Shown here: piece by piece, positions 7,989-11,304 of the stretch
Numbering within the stretch: position 1 is the stretch's first letter
How the letters are laid out: every line of letters starts with the position of its first letter
Assembly: GCA_039818205.1 (NCBI GenBank)
Contig: JBCBUK010000035.1
Coordinates: 1-11,304 of the forward strand
Direction of reading: 5' to 3'
Source of the DNA: Verrucomicrobiota bacterium
Lineage (GTDB): Bacteria > Verrucomicrobiota > Verrucomicrobiia > Opitutales > Cerasicoccaceae
DNA: 11,304 nucleotides
The notes under the pieces: model-generated
Seen by the model: the letters and a program-made list of their open reading frames with translations, nothing else
What the model was told of the DNA's origin: nothing
The model's database searches: none
Translations under genes and position numbers: made by a program

Positions 7989-9155
7989 TTAGTCCAACCG
8001 ATCATCCTCTGATTTACAACTCACCTCCCGAGGCTTCCTATAGATCGTTTCACCGCTAATCACGACGGTTTCGTGCAGGAAGTCGACGCGGTGGAGTTCG
8101 GGGTGCTGGTCGGTGTATTTTCGTCCGTTGCTCAGGTGGACTTCGATCTGGTCTCCGAAGCGAGACATCGAGACCCAATAGACGGGCTCCTCGGTTGGAG
8201 GTTGTGGTTGATCGGTTGACGTGCTGGGTTCTGAGGTTGGTAGCAAATGGTTCTCTGCTTCTGGGCCGGCATCGGCCTGTTCGCTCGTGAGTTGGTCATC
8301 GATCTCGGTGGTGCCGATGATGATGGCGGGCAGCTTGACTGCGAGGAACCAGACGCCGAGTCCGGCGGCGATTAGGCCTCCCCAGAGAAACGGATATGGG
8401 ATGCCCTTGGCGGTTTGGCCTTTATCGGCTTTGCCACCCTGCGCGCTGGTTTCGTAGCAGTTGGCTTGCTCGGGGTTTAGGCGAAAAGTGGTGACCTCGG
8501 CAGGCTGGTCCATGGTCGACCCCGTTGGCGGGCGCAGATAAACGGAGCGCCGGAATACCTTCGGTCCCGCAAACCAGGCATACTTTTCTTTACCACGGTT
8601 GCGCATGACTTCGAAGTCTTGCCCAAGCAAACGGATCTGTTTATCGACCTGCGCTAAGTGCTGGGTGATGAAGATGACCTCATCGCCGAGGTGACGGTGT
8701 TCGGCGAGGTATTCGAAGACGCGGGTATCGGCTTTGGCATAAGCGCGCGATGGCCAAAGTTTATGAATCTCATCGAGGATGAAGATCGTTCCCTTGTAGC
8801 CGGTTTCGACGCCGTCGGCATCCTGATAGAGTTCGGACCAGTCGAGAATGTCGCCGGGCTCCCACATCGGCATAAACTTTTCATGCTTTCGGAAGCGAAA
8901 GAACTGACTTAGGGCTTGGTTGCGATTACGTCCGTTCTCATGAACTGATTGCAGGTATTGGTCATCAAGGAGCACAATACGGTCCTCAATATCGATTCCC
9001 CATTCGCGCTTGTCGGCATACTCTTGGATGCGGTCTAGGTGCAGCGGTAGGTTCGTAACGATGGGCCGTTCATCGTTCTCCAGATAATTGAAGAGCAACT
9101 GCATGACGCGGAGCGTTTTGCCTCCGCCCGGTTTTCCAGTAACAAACTTAATCAT
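7989..9155 (-). CDS. zot: Zot-family / inovirus pI-like morphogenesis ATPase
   Basis: Walker A at the extreme N-terminus (FVTGKPGGGKT), IVTNLPL, Walker B IFILDEIH, Zot signature EHRHLGDEVIFITQHLAQVDKQIR, one TM helix (PFLWGGLIAAGLGVWFLAV), then a Pro/Ser/Thr linker and a small C-terminal domain. Confidence 0.93.
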   Translation of the reverse strand: MIKFVTGKPGGGKTLRVMQLLFNYLENDERPIVTNLPLHLDRIQEYADKREWGIDIEDRIVLLDDQYLQSVHENGRNRNQALSQFFRFRKHEKFMPMWEPGDILDWSELYQDADGVETGYKGTIFILDEIHKLWPSRAYAKADTRVFEYLAEHRHLGDEVIFITQHLAQVDKQIRLLGQDFEVMRNRGKEKYAWFAGPKVFRRSVYLRPPTGSTMDQPAEVTTFRLNPEQANCYETSAQGGKADKGQTAKGIPYPFLWGGLIAAGLGVWFLAVKLPAIIIGTTEIDDQLTSEQADAGPEAENHLLPTSEPSTSTDQPQPPTEEPVYWVSMSRFGDQIEVHLSNGRKYTDQHPELHRVDFLHETVVISGETIYRKPREVSCKSEDDRLD

Positions 9156-9322
9156 TAGTCCGAGAGTCCCATGGATTCACTGCCGAGCTTACGGAAGATC
9201 CGAATGGCAACGATGATGACGACCATGCCCAGCGCGACGCCCGCACCTTGGCCCCACCAAGTGAGCTGTTCTTCGATTGGAACGTTGATCACGACCTCGA
9301 CAGTTTGGGCTAGGTAGTTCAT
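9155..9322 (-). CDS. 55-aa single-TM inovirus minor coat-like protein; likely start 9322, not 9514
   Basis: MNYLAQTVEVVINVPIEEQLTWWGQGAGVALGMVVIIVAIRIFRKLGSESMGLSD: TM helix followed by basic RIFRK. Its ATG overlaps the upstream stop (TAATG, 9324-9320) and its stop overlaps the zot ATG (TAATG, 9157-9153). Confidence 0.8.
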   Translation of the reverse strand: MNYLAQTVEVVINVPIEEQLTWWGQGAGVALGMVVIIVAIRIFRKLGSESMGLSD

Positions 9323-11139
9323 TAGATGATTCCGGCGAGTTGACGTATAATGTAGCCCGAGAAAAACGCGGGCAGTTTCGTGCCTTCGATGACCAAGTAA
9401 GTCAGCGCGACGGATACGAGATGAAAGATTGGAATGAACTGATCGACGTAGTTGGCACCCGCCGCAACCGTTGGTGAAACCGCTTGCAATGGATCGGCTT
9501 GGACGATGTCCCACGAGATGCCATCGATGCGCGAGGATGCGAGCGCGGTTAAGATTGCCGGCGATGAAAGCGTCACACCCATCACCGCCACGATTCCCAG
9601 AAAGGTAAACACCGCGCGTAGGTTGACGGTGATACCGATGCCGAAGGGTTGCGCCGCGATCGCAAGCTCTGTGGAGCCTTGCTTGAAGGGCGTCTTTGCA
9701 AGGTCAACCGTTGTGCTATAGATCGTCTTAACCGAGAAGATATAAACGGCTAGTGTCGTTGCCCAGATGATGAACTCCCTAAGGAAGTAAGCGGCGCCTC
9801 CCCACTCGCCTTCGTCAAAGGGATTGAAATCAAACGTGAATTGAAGAATCTGGAACTTAAACGGGTCCGAGTCGGGCGGCGATCCATCGTAGGATACGGT
9901 TGGCGTAAAGTCCGCAAGACCATAGCTGTCTCCGACCTCACTGAGTAGTTCATCTCGTTTTGCATCGGCGTTCGCTTGGCTAAAGCTGGTGACATCGCTC
10001 TTGCTCACGCCGCCTGGGATTGCGCCGACCGCTTCCTGGCCCTGGGCAACAAGTTCTTCCTCCTTGGGCAACTTGCCTTCGATCGACTCCAAGTGTTCGT
10101 TGGTCTCCGAGCCCTGAAGCTGGCTTTCGTTAAACTCGTTCTTCATGTCGGCGAAGCCCTTCTCGAGCCGGTCGGCATGCTCGGCCTGCCAAACCATGTC
10201 TTGGTCGTGGCGTGCTTGTTGCTGTTGATTGAGCTTCTCAAATCGTGCGTCCTGGTTCTCTTCGGAGCGTTGCCAAAGTAGCTGATCAATTCGGGCGTCC
10301 GTGTCGCGATCATCGGACTGAGCGGCTGCAATCTCTTGCGGTGTCGCGTCAGGATCAATGGGTGTTGATGGCGCTTCGATGATCGTCCAACCGAGGTCGT
10401 TGATCAACGAATTCGGAAAACCGCGATCGGCTTCATTGAACTCTTGGGCAAGAATTGGTGGCTGGTAGTTATCGGGTTCACCGGTTCCATATTGGAGCGT
10501 GTAGACGGTCTCGGGCATATCTTCTTCGTAGAACTCACCTGTGACCAATCGAGGCACCGAGCCAAGGTTAACAACCGAGCCATTGATTAATTGAGCGATG
10601 GATAACTTCCATTCGCCACCGCCGCGAGCGGTCGCTTGAAAGAACTCGTTGGGCCCGAGATCGACTTGTTCTTGGAGTGAGTTTGGAACGCCATTTTCAT
10701 CGATGGCCGTGAAGGTGATGACGTAGCTTTGTGTTATATCGCTACCGTTGTAAAACTCACCCGATGAGGCTTCGTAGAATGGACGCAAGGGCGGCTCTTC
10801 GTAGACCAAGTCGATATAAGTAACCCAAGGTGCCGCTAGTCCGTCAACGTATTCCTGATGCAGCGACCAACTGACAAGAAACTGTTCGTCGGGCGGGATG
10901 ACATTACTGATCGTATGGAAGTCAGGATCGGTGTCTTCGACTTCGCTGTGCTTAACCAAGACGAAGCGACCCGTTTCTGAGGGAAGGGATTTTTGACGGC
11001 CTTCGGTGACCGCACCGGTTGGTGTGACCTGGTCAAAGGTCCACGTTCCGGCATTGGCAGAGGTCAACGCAAGAGCAGCGAGAACGCCAACATAACAAAG
11101 ACGAACCCACAGGTGAAGTAGATGATTTCCATAGCGCAT
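9322..11139 (-). CDS. Inovirus pIII-like adsorption/minor coat protein (605 aa) with extended hydrophobic, pVI-like C-terminus
   Basis: Lies between the major coat gene and zot. Signal peptide ...LAALALTSANA|GTW, acidic N-terminal domains, Pro-rich linker, helical Q/E-rich stretch, pIII-type anchor FTFDFNPF...AAYFLREFIIWATTLAVYIFSVKTIY, then about 130 further aa with at least two hydrophobic segments. Confidence 0.8.
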   Translation of the reverse strand: MRYGNHLLHLWVRLCYVGVLAALALTSANAGTWTFDQVTPTGAVTEGRQKSLPSETGRFVLVKHSEVEDTDPDFHTISNVIPPDEQFLVSWSLHQEYVDGLAAPWVTYIDLVYEEPPLRPFYEASSGEFYNGSDITQSYVITFTAIDENGVPNSLQEQVDLGPNEFFQATARGGGEWKLSIAQLINGSVVNLGSVPRLVTGEFYEEDMPETVYTLQYGTGEPDNYQPPILAQEFNEADRGFPNSLINDLGWTIIEAPSTPIDPDATPQEIAAAQSDDRDTDARIDQLLWQRSEENQDARFEKLNQQQQARHDQDMVWQAEHADRLEKGFADMKNEFNESQLQGSETNEHLESIEGKLPKEEELVAQGQEAVGAIPGGVSKSDVTSFSQANADAKRDELLSEVGDSYGLADFTPTVSYDGSPPDSDPFKFQILQFTFDFNPFDEGEWGGAAYFLREFIIWATTLAVYIFSVKTIYSTTVDLAKTPFKQGSTELAIAAQPFGIGITVNLRAVFTFLGIVAVMGVTLSSPAILTALASSRIDGISWDIVQADPLQAVSPTVAAGANYVDQFIPIFHLVSVALTYLVIEGTKLPAFFSGYIIRQLAGII

Positions 11140-11147
11140 TGTGAGTA

Positions 11148-11182
11148 GAAAATAAAAGGGGCGGGTTTGTCGCCCGCCCCTT
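11148..11182 (-). terminator. Rho-independent terminator after the major coat gene
   Basis: Minus strand AAGGGGCGGG-CGACAAA-CCCGCCCCTT-TTATTTT. Perfect 10-bp inverted repeat (11156-11165 / 11173-11182) plus U-tract, 7 nt after the coat-gene stop. Confidence 0.9.
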
Positions 11183-11189
11183 GGTTAGG

Positions 11190-11304
11190 TTAGGAGCCTG
11201 CCCTTCGGAGGAACTTCTTGCCCACCATCACGGCTGCAACGCCGATGATGATCGTAGCGATCGTTCCCCAGATGGTTTCGACATCGCCCACGGCAGTTTC
11301 AACC
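11190..11304 (-). CDS. Filamentous phage major coat protein (pVIII-like), 5'-partial
   Basis: Frame from 11303 reads VETAVGDVETIWGTIATIIIGVAAVMVGKKFLRRAGS*: acidic amphipathic segment, TM helix and basic C-terminal tail. Followed by a terminator and the pIII-like gene. Not in the ORF track. Confidence 0.85.
   Translation of the reverse strand, partial: VETAVGDVETIWGTIATIIIGVAAVMVGKKFLRRAGS

Larger units (their letters stand above)
7989..11304 (-). mobile_element. Inovirus-like (filamentous) prophage, structural and assembly module. Partial; left boundary uncertain
   Basis: Gene order major coat - terminator - pIII-like - small TM - Zot ATPase, with overlapping stop/start codons. Replication and integration genes are not in the window. 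Confidence 0.88.

Noticed and set aside
7709..8005. 98-aa minus-strand ORF between zot and the fibre gene
   Set aside because: Spans AT-rich, low-complexity intergenic-like DNA, overlaps the zot end and has no recognisable motif. Probably spurious, though a small accessory gene is not fully excluded.
7989..9155. Interpreting Zot as an enterotoxin/virulence factor
   Set aside because: Context and motifs indicate a phage assembly ATPase; nothing in the sequence supports toxin activity.
9323..9514. N-terminal 64 aa of the 119-aa ORF 9155..9514 in the track
   Set aside because: Overlaps the pIII-like CDS out of frame and looks non-coding. The TAATG-coupled ATG at 9322 is the better start.
5443..11054. 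Other short ORFs nested in the 255-aa, 489-aa, zot and pIII-like genes
   Set aside because: Shadow ORFs of well-supported CDSs, with no independent coding signal.

Overview
All well-supported genes lie on the minus strand in two blocks. Right block (about 7989 to the window end, GC-richer): the structural and morphogenesis part of a filamentous phage (inovirus-like element). It comprises a partial pVIII-like major coat gene, an intrinsic terminator, a 605-aa pIII-like protein with an extra pVI-like membrane tail, a 55-aa single-TM protein and a Zot/pI-family ATPase. Left block (1-7707, mostly AT-richer), starting about 280 bp after the zot stop: three co-oriented genes, each with a predicted Sec signal peptide. 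They encode a 489-aa adhesin/fibre-like protein with 17-aa repeats, a 255-aa protein with three 'GQxK' motifs plus TSP3-like Ca-binding repeats, and a >1755-aa Rhs/YD-repeat protein that runs off the left edge and is missing from the ORF track. The most interesting possibilities are an uncharacterised Sec-dependent fibre/adaptor/Rhs module, and its position in the post-zot slot that ctxAB occupies in CTXphi. Whether it is phage cargo or host flank cannot be decided from this window. The motifs resemble ones I recall from Verrucomicrobiota proteins; this is unverified inference.
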